DNA of 64,000 nt from Thermoplasmata archaeon (lineage in GTDB: Archaea; Thermoplasmatota; Thermoplasmata; RBG-16-68-12; JAFNFQ01). The DNA lies in the NCBI GenBank assembly GCA_041489255.1, contig JBGPQV010000003.1, positions 64,001 to 128,000 of the forward strand. The letters run 5' to 3'. The notes beneath the pieces were generated by a model, which was not told the origin of the DNA, did no database searches, and was given only the letters and a program-made list of their open reading frames with translations. A program made the translations under genes and the position numbers. This document shows, piece by piece, positions 1 through 7,778 of this stretch. How positions within the stretch are numbered: position 1 is the stretch's first letter; each line of letters opens with the position of its first letter.

Positions 1-3000
1 TCACTACCTCGAACGGCTTCCTCGCCGTCCTTCACGCCGTCATCGTCTGAGTCATCATCCAGGGGGTTCGTTTCGCCTGGACCATCTCCATCATTCCATA
101 CGCCCGCATCTGTTGCGCCATTCAGGTTTCGGTCTTCGAACTCTCCTGAATTCCGCGTCTGATCGTCATTGAAGTCAATCCACCCATCGGGTAGCCCATC
201 ATTGTCCGTGTCCCAGCGGAGCGGGTCAGTGACCGTGCCTGGGTCCGAGTCGATTCCAAGAAGACCGACCTCCAGTCCGTCGGGCAATCCATCCCCGTCT
301 GTATCTGCTTGAGATGGATTCGTCTCTCCTGGCCCAGAACCGGGGCCGCTTCCGGCATCCCATGCCCCGGTATCCACCACACCGTCGAGGTCACGATCCT
401 CGTATTCACCGACATCGCGCAGGCCATTGCTGTTTAGGTCAAACCAGCCATCGGGAAGTCCGTCTCCATCCGTGTCTATAATAGTCGGGTTCGTGGTCGT
501 TAATGGATCGGAGTCAGGGCCATAACTAACGCCATCGACAATGCCGTAACCCCACGGAGGGGATAGCGTGTCTGAGGCGCGCATCGGGGAGTCGTCGGTG
601 AGCCCCACCTCCAACCCATCCGAGAGATGGTCGCCGTCCATGTCTGGATTGAGCGGATCTGTGATGAATGTATCCTCGCCTGCGAATAGTTCTTCCCAGT
701 CTGTCAAGCCGTCGTTGTCGGTATCATCGCTCGTCGGATTGGTTCCATATAGTTCGACTTCGGCATAATCGAGCAGCAGGTCCCCGTCGGTATCGGGATT
801 GTTCTTATTCAAACCATTCGCGTCCTCCCATTCGTCCCTCAGTTGGTCACCGTCTGAGTCCAGTTCGATAACGACTATGGCAGTGTCATCGCCAAAGGAC
901 CCAGAAGCGTCCGTTGCCGTGAGAGAGACCGTGTATGTCCCAGATACTGTGAATGTATGAACGGTATTCGGCATCATTTCGTGAGGGCTGCCGTCGCCGA
1001 AGTCCCAGACGAAAGTGAGCGGTTCACCATCATCATCTTCCGCCTCAGCAGAGAATATTATGGGCGCAGCGGCGCCATGGATTCTCCGATCAGGACCTGC
1101 GAACGCAGTTGGCGGAGTGTTCGCGACTCTAATAAGGTGAGTATCATAGGACACAAGCCCGTGCTTGTCCGTCACACGGAGGGTAGCCGAGTACTCGCCC
1201 CGAGAAGAATACCGATGCATTGTGCGCGAGCCCGAGCCCGTCGAAGAGTCGCCGAAGAACCAAAGATAGGAGAGGTCGGACAAGTCGTCCTGGCCGTCGG
1301 AGGAATGGATGCCGCTGAGTACCGATGCATGCGTCTCTGCTCCTAGGGAGAGGACCTCAAAGGCGGCATTCGGAGCAACGTTAGAGACCGTAACGCTATG
1401 GGTCTTGGTGCTCATGACCCCGTTGTCGTCAGTGACTGTTAGAATCACGCCATAGCTTCCTTCCCGCCTGTAGGAATGGGTAGGCGAGACGCCTGAGGCC
1501 TTAGCTCCGTCTCCGAACTGCCAATAGTAGTCCAGAGCCGTGCGATCTGAAGCTGTGTCGGTCGAAAGGGAACCGTCATAGTACACCATCGTGTCCTCAT
1601 CTACTTGGGAGGGTGTGAATGCGAAGTCAGCGTTCGGCGCCCCATTCGTCACACTGACACGTCTGCTGTTAGCGCCCCAGTCCCCCTTCCCGTCTGTGAC
1701 CTTCAGCACTACGGTGTACGTTCCGGCGCGCAAGTACGCATGAGTGGTCGAGGCGGTGCTCGTGGTGGCCGTCACGCCGTCGCCAAGATCCCAAAAGAAA
1801 GATGGAGCCGGCGAGGAGGGCCCGTCGCTGTCCGCGTATATGCCCGTGAAGGTGAATGTCTGGTCCTCGGCTTTTGTCGCCGCGTTCACGTTGACGGCCG
1901 TAATCTCGGGAGCCTTGTTGTCCAGCACCCCGCCCTTGAACGTGCACGTGGCAGTGTTCGTGCCCCCATCCCCATCGTCGGCCTTCAGGGTGACGGTGTA
2001 TGTCGTCTTGGAGGAGGGGAATTTATGCGTCACGTTCCACCACACACGGTAGGGGGAAACGTGGCTTGGGTTTGCGAACGTCTGGACAGCGTCAGCGCTC
2101 CCGTCCCCGAAGTGCCACGTTAAGGTGAGGGCGTCGGCGCCGACCTCATGGGCAATCCCTTTGAGGACGGACGATGTCGCCCCGACGATTGATGCGTACG
2201 GCGCGCGGTTCTGCACGGTGACGGTCACGCTGGAAGTGGTAGAAGCCGAATGAGGATCGGTGACCGCGAGGTTCACCGTCGCGGATGTCTCATCGTACCA
2301 TACATACGTTGGCCTGCTCCCTGTCATCGATGCACTACCACTCCACGAATAAGCCAAGGCGTCGGCATCGCTCGACGTATCGGTGGACGCGGTGGCATCG
2401 AAGAGCACTGTCTGTGCTTCCGAAACGGTGATTGAATTGCCTGCTGTTGCCGTCGGCGCTCCGTTGGCGACGTTCACCACATGCTGCGTGGTTGACGTGG
2501 CGTCGTTGTCGTCGCGGACGGTAAGCAGAACAGCGAAGTTGCCCGGAGATGAATACGCATGGGTGATGGTCCTACCTTGGCCATACTGCCCGTCTCCGAA
2601 ATCCCATGCGAATGTCAGCGGGTGCCTAGTGATGGCGTTGCCCGGCAAGGCGTTGTCAGTTGCGGTGTCTGTTGAACCCGAGGCGTCGAACGTCACTACA
2701 GCATCCATGTATGGACTCGTAGGAGAATAGACGAAAGAGGCAGACGGATTGGCATTCACAATGACCACGTTCCGAGTCGCCGTGTCGGCGTTCCCGGCTG
2801 CGTCTCGCACGATCAGGTGCACGCGATAGGTTCCTGCGTATCCATAGGAATGCGTCTCAATGCCTGCAGTGCTCGTTGCCCCGTCACCAAAATCCCATTC
2901 GTATCGGAGATCCTCTCGCGGGTATGTGGCCGGCCACGAGGTCGTGGCATCAAACTGAATGCTCTCGTCCTCCGCCACGCTTGCGGTGTCAGCCGGAGTC

Positions 3001-3407
3001 GTGAGGATGACTGCCCCGGGAACTCCCCCTGATCCGTAGCTCGGACTCTTGATGTGGATGCGGATTGTGTCCAGAGCCATCGTCCCAGTCGACTCTTCGG
3101 CAACCAAAGCCACGTCGTAAATCCCGTCCGTTGTGAACGAGTGTACAGGTGAAGGATCCGTCGAAGAGGTGCCGTCTCCGAAAAACCATGTGAAAGATAA
3201 GGCATTTCCGGGTTGCCCGGGGCTTGACCCACTTGAGTCAAACTCGATGTCTTCTCCCGGATCTGCCGGGTCTGACTCTTCGGTTCCGTCGAGCGCATCC
3301 GCCACGGCGACAGGCGGCGGATAGCTCGCCTTGACAAGAGTTGTGGCGCCTGAGATCACGGTTATAAAGGCCAAAGCCAAAGCCATTAGACTTCTCATCC
3401 CGATCAT
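1..3407 (-). CDS. Large secreted surface protein with tandem PKD domains followed by DxDxDG calcium-binding (TSP3-like) repeats; 3' end runs off the window
   Basis: Absent from the ORF track because it has no stop in the window. Hand translation: GGAGG RBS (3416-3420), start ATG 3407 or TTG 3410, signal peptide MRSLMALALAFITVISGATTLVKA, repeated WxFGDG PKD motifs (TWFFGDG, EWDFGDG, WHFGDG), then DTDGDGLPDG/DTDNDGLTD repeats. Frame spot-checked as identical at 3407, ~2100, ~711 and 3. Confidence 0.85.
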   Translation of the reverse strand, partial: MIGMRSLMALALAFITVISGATTLVKASYPPPVAVADALDGTEESDPADPGEDIEFDSSGSSPGQPGNALSFTWFFGDGTSSTDPSPVHSFTTDGIYDVALVAEESTGTMALDTIRIHIKSPSYGSGGVPGAVILTTPADTASVAEDESIQFDATTSWPATYPREDLRYEWDFGDGATSTAGIETHSYGYAGTYRVHLIVRDAAGNADTATRNVVIVNANPSASFVYSPTSPYMDAVVTFDASGSTDTATDNALPGNAITRHPLTFAWDFGDGQYGQGRTITHAYSSPGNFAVLLTVRDDNDATSTTQHVVNVANGAPTATAGNSITVSEAQTVLFDATASTDTSSDADALAYSWSGSASMTGSRPTYVWYDETSATVNLAVTDPHSASTTSSVTVTVQNRAPYASIVGATSSVLKGIAHEVGADALTLTWHFGDGSADAVQTFANPSHVSPYRVWWNVTHKFPSSKTTYTVTLKADDGDGGTNTATCTFKGGVLDNKAPEITAVNVNAATKAEDQTFTFTGIYADSDGPSSPAPSFFWDLGDGVTATTSTASTTHAYLRAGTYTVVLKVTDGKGDWGANSRRVSVTNGAPNADFAFTPSQVDEDTMVYYDGSLSTDTASDRTALDYYWQFGDGAKASGVSPTHSYRREGSYGVILTVTDDNGVMSTKTHSVTVSNVAPNAAFEVLSLGAETHASVLSGIHSSDGQDDLSDLSYLWFFGDSSTGSGSRTMHRYSSRGEYSATLRVTDKHGLVSYDTHLIRVANTPPTAFAGPDRRIHGAAAPIIFSAEAEDDDGEPLTFVWDFGDGSPHEMMPNTVHTFTVSGTYTVSLTATDASGSFGDDTAIVVIELDSDGDQLRDEWEDANGLNKNNPDTDGDLLLDYAEVELYGTNPTSDDTDNDGLTDWEELFAGEDTFITDPLNPDMDGDHLSDGLEVGLTDDSPMRASDTLSPPWGYGIVDGVSYGPDSDPLTTTNPTIIDTDGDGLPDGWFDLNSNGLRDVGEYEDRDLDGVVDTGAWDAGSGPGSGPGETNPSQADTDGDGLPDGLEVGLLGIDSDPGTVTDPLRWDTDNDGLPDGWIDFNDDQTRNSGEFEDRNLNGATDAGVWNDGDGPGETNPLDDDSDDDGVKDGEEAVRGS

Positions 3408-3500
3408 CAATGTATCCTCCTCACGTCCCAACAATCCGCTCAATCCAATTGAATGGGACGCACGGGGATAACCATCTAGCCTTAAATGTTTAGTCTCCCG

Positions 3501-4548
3501 AACTGTGTTGAACAAATCCCGTCTTTTTCTCCCTCCGACCTCCCGACCTCCCGCCATCAGGGCATCTGCAGGAGCATCGCGTAGACAGCGAACTTCGCCA
3601 TGACCTCCCTGTACATCAGGTCGAGCCTCCTCGCCATCACGTTCTCCCCGAATATCCTCTTCTCGCCGGAGAAGGTCCACTCAGCCGCCCACCTCATCCC
3701 ATACCCGTGTTTCTCCCTCCAGCCATCGTACCCGAGGGACCTGAGCTCCCTCACCGCCCTCGGCCTGGCCGATGAGCCCAACGATTTGCAGGTCGCACCA
3801 GCCTTGATCCTGATCCCCGCCCCGATTCCTTTGTCCTCCAGGAGCTGGAAGTTCGCGCGGCTGTCGTAGGCGGCGTCGGCGAGGACCTCCCGTATGCGCC
3901 CCTTCCCCAGGGCCCTCTCCGCCTTCTCCAGCAGGGCGGGGAACATCGTCGTGTCGCCTATCCCCTCGTCGGTAGCTTTCATCGCCACGGGCCCTCCGTC
4001 AACGTCCACCGCCAGGTGCACCTTTATCCAGCCCCGGTGGCGGTGCCACTTCTCCCTCATCCACTCCCCCCTGTTCGTGACCTTGATTCCCGTGCTGTCG
4101 AAGGCGATCACGAACGGCCCGTCACCCTGAGGCGCGGGAATCTCAAGCTCCATGTCGGCTATCCGCCACCAGAGGGTCGTGTAGTCGGCAGGCCTGACCT
4201 TCCCCACGAACTTCGACATGCCGCAGAGGAAGCCCTCCATCTGCCTGTACTGCATCCTGAGGATCTGCCTGACGGCGGCGAGGAATCGCATCATGCTCTC
4301 GGGGAAGCCGTATGGACGCCCCCTCTTCCCGCCGTTCATCGTCCTCAGTTCGTCTTCCCACGAGTCCAGCCAGTCCATGCTGAGGTACAGCTCCCCCCGC
4401 CGGACGAGCCGCTCGTTGTACCCGGGCCAATTCCTCTTATCCTTGTAGTGCCTTTCACCCTCGCTCGGCATGGGTCCCATCCCTGCTGACAAGGCAGGTT
4501 CTCATGCCGAGTTCCCACCATCAAACCATCGATTTATTCAACACAGTT
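3501..4548 (-). mobile_element. Complete IS5-family insertion sequence (IS903-like), 1048 bp
   Basis: 18-bp terminal inverted repeats AACTGTGTTGAA(C/T)AAATC at 3501-3518 and 4531-4548 (1 mismatch); 8-bp direct repeat GTCTCCCG at 3493-3500 and 4549-4556; single transposase ORF inside. Confidence 0.95.
3557..4492 (-). CDS. IS5-family DDE transposase
   Basis: NWPGYNERLVRRGEL N-terminal motif, AFDSTGIK (D), WIKVHLAVD, LADAAYD (D), YGMRWAAEWTFSGEK (Y-R-E-K motif). True start may be a downstream ATG. Confidence 0.93.
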   Translation of the reverse strand: MSAGMGPMPSEGERHYKDKRNWPGYNERLVRRGELYLSMDWLDSWEDELRTMNGGKRGRPYGFPESMMRFLAAVRQILRMQYRQMEGFLCGMSKFVGKVRPADYTTLWWRIADMELEIPAPQGDGPFVIAFDSTGIKVTNRGEWMREKWHRHRGWIKVHLAVDVDGGPVAMKATDEGIGDTTMFPALLEKAERALGKGRIREVLADAAYDSRANFQLLEDKGIGAGIRIKAGATCKSLGSSARPRAVRELRSLGYDGWREKHGYGMRWAAEWTFSGEKRIFGENVMARRLDLMYREVMAKFAVYAMLLQMP

Positions 4549-4893
4549 GTCTCCCGCAAATGGACGGAGTTAAATCGCCTAAAACGCGCTCGATTCGTCC
4601 ATGTTCCATGCCGTCCCCAAAGCCTCCGCCCTGGCGGGCGGGGGCACCTTTCCTTTTTATGCGGTCTTAGGCTGGAAGTGAGGCTCGTCGAGGGGCTGCC
4701 GACTGATGCTGTAGACATGTTGAAGCAGTACCTCGCAGGACAGATCGGCACGATGGGGCTCGCAACACGACTCGAAGAAATACGCATGAAAGCCGCCACA
4801 CTGCCGGGCTCGTTTCTCAAGCCATGATTTTGTCGATATGATATCGAGTTTGCAAAGTATTTTATGTCCAGGCGGAGGTAGTAAAGTCACATC

Positions 4894-5316
4894 ATGCCCC
4901 CCGAGGAAGAGCGAGAAGGCGAGATGGAGGAACCTCAGGAGCTGGCCCAAGAACAGGCCCCGGAAGTCCCCGTGGCCCCGCCAAAGCCCGAGTTGCGCAT
5001 CGTCGACTTCTCGACAAAGAAGATCAATCCGTTCTGCACCGTCTGCGGTCTCGAGAAGGACAAGTACATGGAGGTCGAGGTCAAGGGAGTGATCGAGTAC
5101 ACATGCAGGGACTGCTACCGCAGGTCGAGGGGCGCGCCCGCCATGCCTCCGGCGGCGACCTGCAGGAAGTGCGGAACGCCGATGCAGGTGGGCGACAACT
5201 TCTGCGGGAAGTGCGGCAACCCCGCGGTGCTCAAGTGCACAGCCTGCAACAATGAGGTGGAGGAAGAGGACAGGTTCTGCGCGAAGTGCGGGGCGAAGCT
5301 ATCCTTCGCGGACTAG
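4894..5316 (+). CDS. Zinc-ribbon protein with C-terminal double zinc ribbon (DZR)
   Basis: Six CxxC pairs: CTVC/CRDC, then CRKC-FCGKC-CTAC-FCAKC; acidic/Pro-rich N-terminus. 3' end overlaps the convergent JAB gene by 18 bp. Confidence 0.8.
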   Translation: MPPEEEREGEMEEPQELAQEQAPEVPVAPPKPELRIVDFSTKKINPFCTVCGLEKDKYMEVEVKGVIEYTCRDCYRRSRGAPAMPPAATCRKCGTPMQVGDNFCGKCGNPAVLKCTACNNEVEEEDRFCAKCGAKLSFAD

Positions 5317-6258
5317 CACCGCAGATCCCCTGGGCAGCTTGAATATCTTCCTTGGCAGCGGGCTCGTCTCGTGCACGCGGAAGCTGCCGAGGTTCGCCTC
5401 GAAGCTCTTGACGCCGTCGAGCGAGGTGCTCCCGCCGCCGAGGCTGTTCCACAGTAGGAACACCACATCGTCCAGTATCTCGTTCTTCACGGCGGTGCGC
5501 AGCTCCTCCGCGTTCCCGCCGCGGACGAAGACTATCGGCTCCAGGATCATCTCCAGCTCTATCATGGCGGTTGAGCCGGTCTTCGTGATGACCAGGGAGT
5601 TCGATTCCGCCCCGCCCTGGAGCGCGGGCACCTCGATCGTGTTCGTGTCCTTCTTGACCCTGAGGCCATCGCCCCGCAGGTCCCTCTCGACGAGCGCGAG
5701 CATCTCCTGCTCCAGGTAGCCGGGCACGAAGTCGACTCTGGGCAGGGTCGTCTCCCGCCTCAGGCTGAAAGCGAGCGGGCAGCGGTAGGACTTCATCTCC
5801 TCCTTGTAGGATATCGATTCGACGATCTCCGGCTTCACCGGTTGCGCGCCGTCCCTGAGCACGAAGAACTCCGTGTCCGTCCCGTCCGTCACCACGCTCA
5901 GGTAGTTCTCGTGGCGGGAGGCTCTGGACTTGAGGGTGCTGTCGTCAGTCGCGCTGTGGAACACCGCGTGATCTGTCTCGTCCCTGAAGGGATGGCTGTG
6001 GAAGATGCCGACGATGCCCACGTTCCTGGGGTACTGCATCGCCAGCTCGACCTCCTCCCTCGCGTCCGCATGCGCGCCGTATCTGCTCTGCGACTTGTAC
6101 CTGGTGCAGGGGACCGAGTCGCAGACCCAGACCTCGCTCCTCCCGAAGAAGCCGAGGAGCCAGCCGATCGTCTCGACGCCTCTCGACCGCGCGACCTCGT
6201 TCACGTGGATGTTGATCTTTCGCAGCGCGCTCCGCTGCATGCGCACGCTGACCGTCAC
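5299..6258 (-). CDS. JAB/MPN+ (JAMM) metalloprotease with ODR4-like C-terminal domain; predicted deconjugase of the Ubl operon
   Basis: Start reassigned to GTG 6258, overlapping the E1 stop (GTGA); 319 aa. JAMM residues E29 (GVETIGWLLG), H87-S-H89-P, S102-x-x-D105 (HSATD). C-terminal motifs AVKNEILDDV and LPRKIFKLPRGSAVLV. Confidence 0.88.
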   Translation of the reverse strand: MTVSVRMQRSALRKINIHVNEVARSRGVETIGWLLGFFGRSEVWVCDSVPCTRYKSQSRYGAHADAREEVELAMQYPRNVGIVGIFHSHPFRDETDHAVFHSATDDSTLKSRASRHENYLSVVTDGTDTEFFVLRDGAQPVKPEIVESISYKEEMKSYRCPLAFSLRRETTLPRVDFVPGYLEQEMLALVERDLRGDGLRVKKDTNTIEVPALQGGAESNSLVITKTGSTAMIELEMILEPIVFVRGGNAEELRTAVKNEILDDVVFLLWNSLGGGSTSLDGVKSFEANLGSFRVHETSPLPRKIFKLPRGSAVLVREG

Positions 6259-7010
6259 TTCGCACCACCGCAGACCGGGCACTTGGGGTCCCGCTTCCAG
6301 TTGTACCTCTGCATCTTCCCCTCCAGGCCATAATAGAGGATGTAAGGCGCGACTTTGCCGAAGCCAAGGAGGTACTTCAGCGCTTCCTGACACTGCAGGC
6401 TCGCGATGATGCCCATGGTTGTGGGAAGCGAAGTGAAGTGGCATGCGCCGTCTCCGGATTTCTTCAGGTCCGTTGTGCTGTCATCCTTCAAGGCGGGTTT
6501 GTTGCAGCGGTAACAGGGCGTCTTGCCGGGGATGATCGAATGCACGGAGCCGTTGATTCCGTCAAGGGAGGCTCCGCCGTCGATGAGGGGGACCTTCAGC
6601 CTCACGCACAGGGAATTAAGGAACAAGCGGACGTGGAACGAGTCGACGCATCCGAGGACGAGGTCGGACTCCCTCGCCTCCTTCAGGAGGGCGTCGTAAC
6701 CCTTGCCGTCGGTGACGTCGTTGGGATAGGTGAGAAGCTCAACGTCGGAGTTCGCCGCGAGGAGGTACTCCCTGAGCGCGTCCACCTTGAACATGCCTAC
6801 CTGGTGAGTCCTGTAGATCAGCCTGTTCAGGTTCGCTTCCTCGAGCTTGTCGAAGTCGAATATCGTCAGGCGCCCGATGCCGCAGCGCGTCATGATCTCC
6901 GCGCAGGTCGCGCCGAGGCCGCCGACGCCGACGACGGTCACCTTCTTCTCCTTCAGCTTCGAGAAGTCCGCGAACGGGAAGATCTTGAGGCGGGCGTATC
7001 GCTCAGTCAA
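6255..7010 (-). CDS. E1 Ubl-activating enzyme (ThiF/MoeB fold), UBA5-like
   Basis: GVGGLG ATP loop, TRCGIGRL, DFDKLEEANLNR, CVDSF, zinc pairs CYRC/CPVC, and GAC190HFTSLPTTMG...ALKYLLGFGKV, which matches the UBA5 active-site segment (GVCAASLPTTMG...VLKFLLNFGTV, recalled). TTG start overlaps the E2 stop. Confidence 0.92.
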   Translation of the reverse strand: MTERYARLKIFPFADFSKLKEKKVTVVGVGGLGATCAEIMTRCGIGRLTIFDFDKLEEANLNRLIYRTHQVGMFKVDALREYLLAANSDVELLTYPNDVTDGKGYDALLKEARESDLVLGCVDSFHVRLFLNSLCVRLKVPLIDGGASLDGINGSVHSIIPGKTPCYRCNKPALKDDSTTDLKKSGDGACHFTSLPTTMGIIASLQCQEALKYLLGFGKVAPYILYYGLEGKMQRYNWKRDPKCPVCGGAK

Positions 7011-7473
7011 GCCATCCCTTCCCCCTCATGTCCTTGACCACGCTCTGCACCCAGTAAGAGACTTCCCTCTTCAGGTAGAGCGCGATGCTGCAGTAGTCGT
7101 CCCACCAGTAGTTCTGTTCCATGTGCATGTCGCAGAGCCTCAGCCCGAGCACGCCATCGTCCACCTTGCGGTCGGTGTAGTTCATCAGCTCGGGAATGCG
7201 GCAGGCGGGAGGCGTCTGCGGGTAGGCGTCCTTCAGGACGAGCTCTATGTCCCAGGAGTGCGGGCCGTCGAAGACCGTGCCGGTCCAACTAGTCGCCTTG
7301 TCCCCCGTCGGGCTGAGGCTGAACCATTTCCCGCCTTCTAGAAACCTCAGGTACTCCTCGAACCTCCTGAGGGCGTACCTCTCCTCCTTCGCCCTCACGC
7401 GCCAGGTTTCGTCCCGCGGCGAAGCTACGGTCGCGCACTGGAGGAAGTAGAAGAGGTCGTCTTCCTTGGCCAT
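7003..7473 (-). CDS. E2 Ubl-conjugating enzyme, UFC1-like
   Basis: UBC-fold YPQTPP motif; SPRDETWRVRAKEE, WFSL, TSWTG, DIELVLKDAYPQTPPACRIPEL and RLC114DMH are colinear with UFC1 motifs ([53 protein letters not shown]; recalled). No HPN motif, as in UFC1. Confidence 0.88.
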   Translation of the reverse strand: MAKEDDLFYFLQCATVASPRDETWRVRAKEERYALRRFEEYLRFLEGGKWFSLSPTGDKATSWTGTVFDGPHSWDIELVLKDAYPQTPPACRIPELMNYTDRKVDDGVLGLRLCDMHMEQNYWWDDYCSIALYLKREVSYWVQSVVKDMRGKGWLD

Positions 7474-7476
7474 GCC

Positions 7477-7722
7477 TCACCCGACGATCGAGGGGTCTAT
7501 CACGTGGATGTTGGTGCTCCTCTCCGCGATCTCCTTCACCGTGCCGCCTGGGATCGGCGAGCCGCCGGGGAAGGTCGCGCTGAGCACCGTCGCGTCCTTG
7601 TTCTGCCTCTTCGCGGCTAGGACGAAGGCTTCCTGGAAGAGCATGTCGTCGGGGACCTTGAGGGTGACCACGGGCTTCTCGGCTTCACTTATGAAGATAA
7701 AACGCAGGACGACTTGGGGCAT
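7477..7722 (-). CDS. Ubiquitin-fold modifier, UFM1-like, ending in Val-Gly
   Basis: 81 aa beta-grasp-sized protein MPQVVLRFIFISEAEKPVVTLKVPDDMLFQEAFVLAAK...IHVIDPSIVG-stop; colinear with UFM1 ([38 protein letters not shown]...LRIIPRDRVG, recalled); first gene of the E2-E1-JAB operon. Confidence 0.85.
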   Translation of the reverse strand: MPQVVLRFIFISEAEKPVVTLKVPDDMLFQEAFVLAAKRQNKDATVLSATFPGGSPIPGGTVKEIAERSTNIHVIDPSIVG

Positions 7723-7752
7723 GAGGCACCTGGGTTTGCCATGCTGGGCGCG

Positions 7753-7766
7753 ATATTAAGGGTTTG
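7753..7766 (-). promoter_or_regulatory. Putative archaeal BRE/TATA promoter of the Ubl operon
   Basis: Minus strand reads CAAACCCTTAATAT about 30 nt upstream of the Ubl ATG, in the short gap after the upstream gene. Confidence 0.5.
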
Positions 7767-7778
7767 TGGTGAGGCGTC

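Noticed and set aside
4504-4827. ORF starting inside the IS end (possible ~49-aa peptide from GTG 4678)
   Set aside because: It crosses the TIR/TSD, has no motif or clear RBS, and cannot be supported as a gene.
6259-6444. 62-aa N-terminal extension of the JAB ORF in the ORF track
   Set aside because: It lies inside the E1 coding region in another frame; GTG 6258 coupled to the E1 stop gives a normal MPN N-terminus.
6255-7722. Reading the E1 plus small protein as a ThiF/ThiS or MoeB/MoaD sulfur-relay or SAMP system
   Set aside because: The small protein ends VG rather than GG, an E2 with a catalytic Cys sits between the genes, the E1 has the UBA5-type SLPTTMG segment, and no thiamine/Moco/tRNA-thiolation genes are adjacent.
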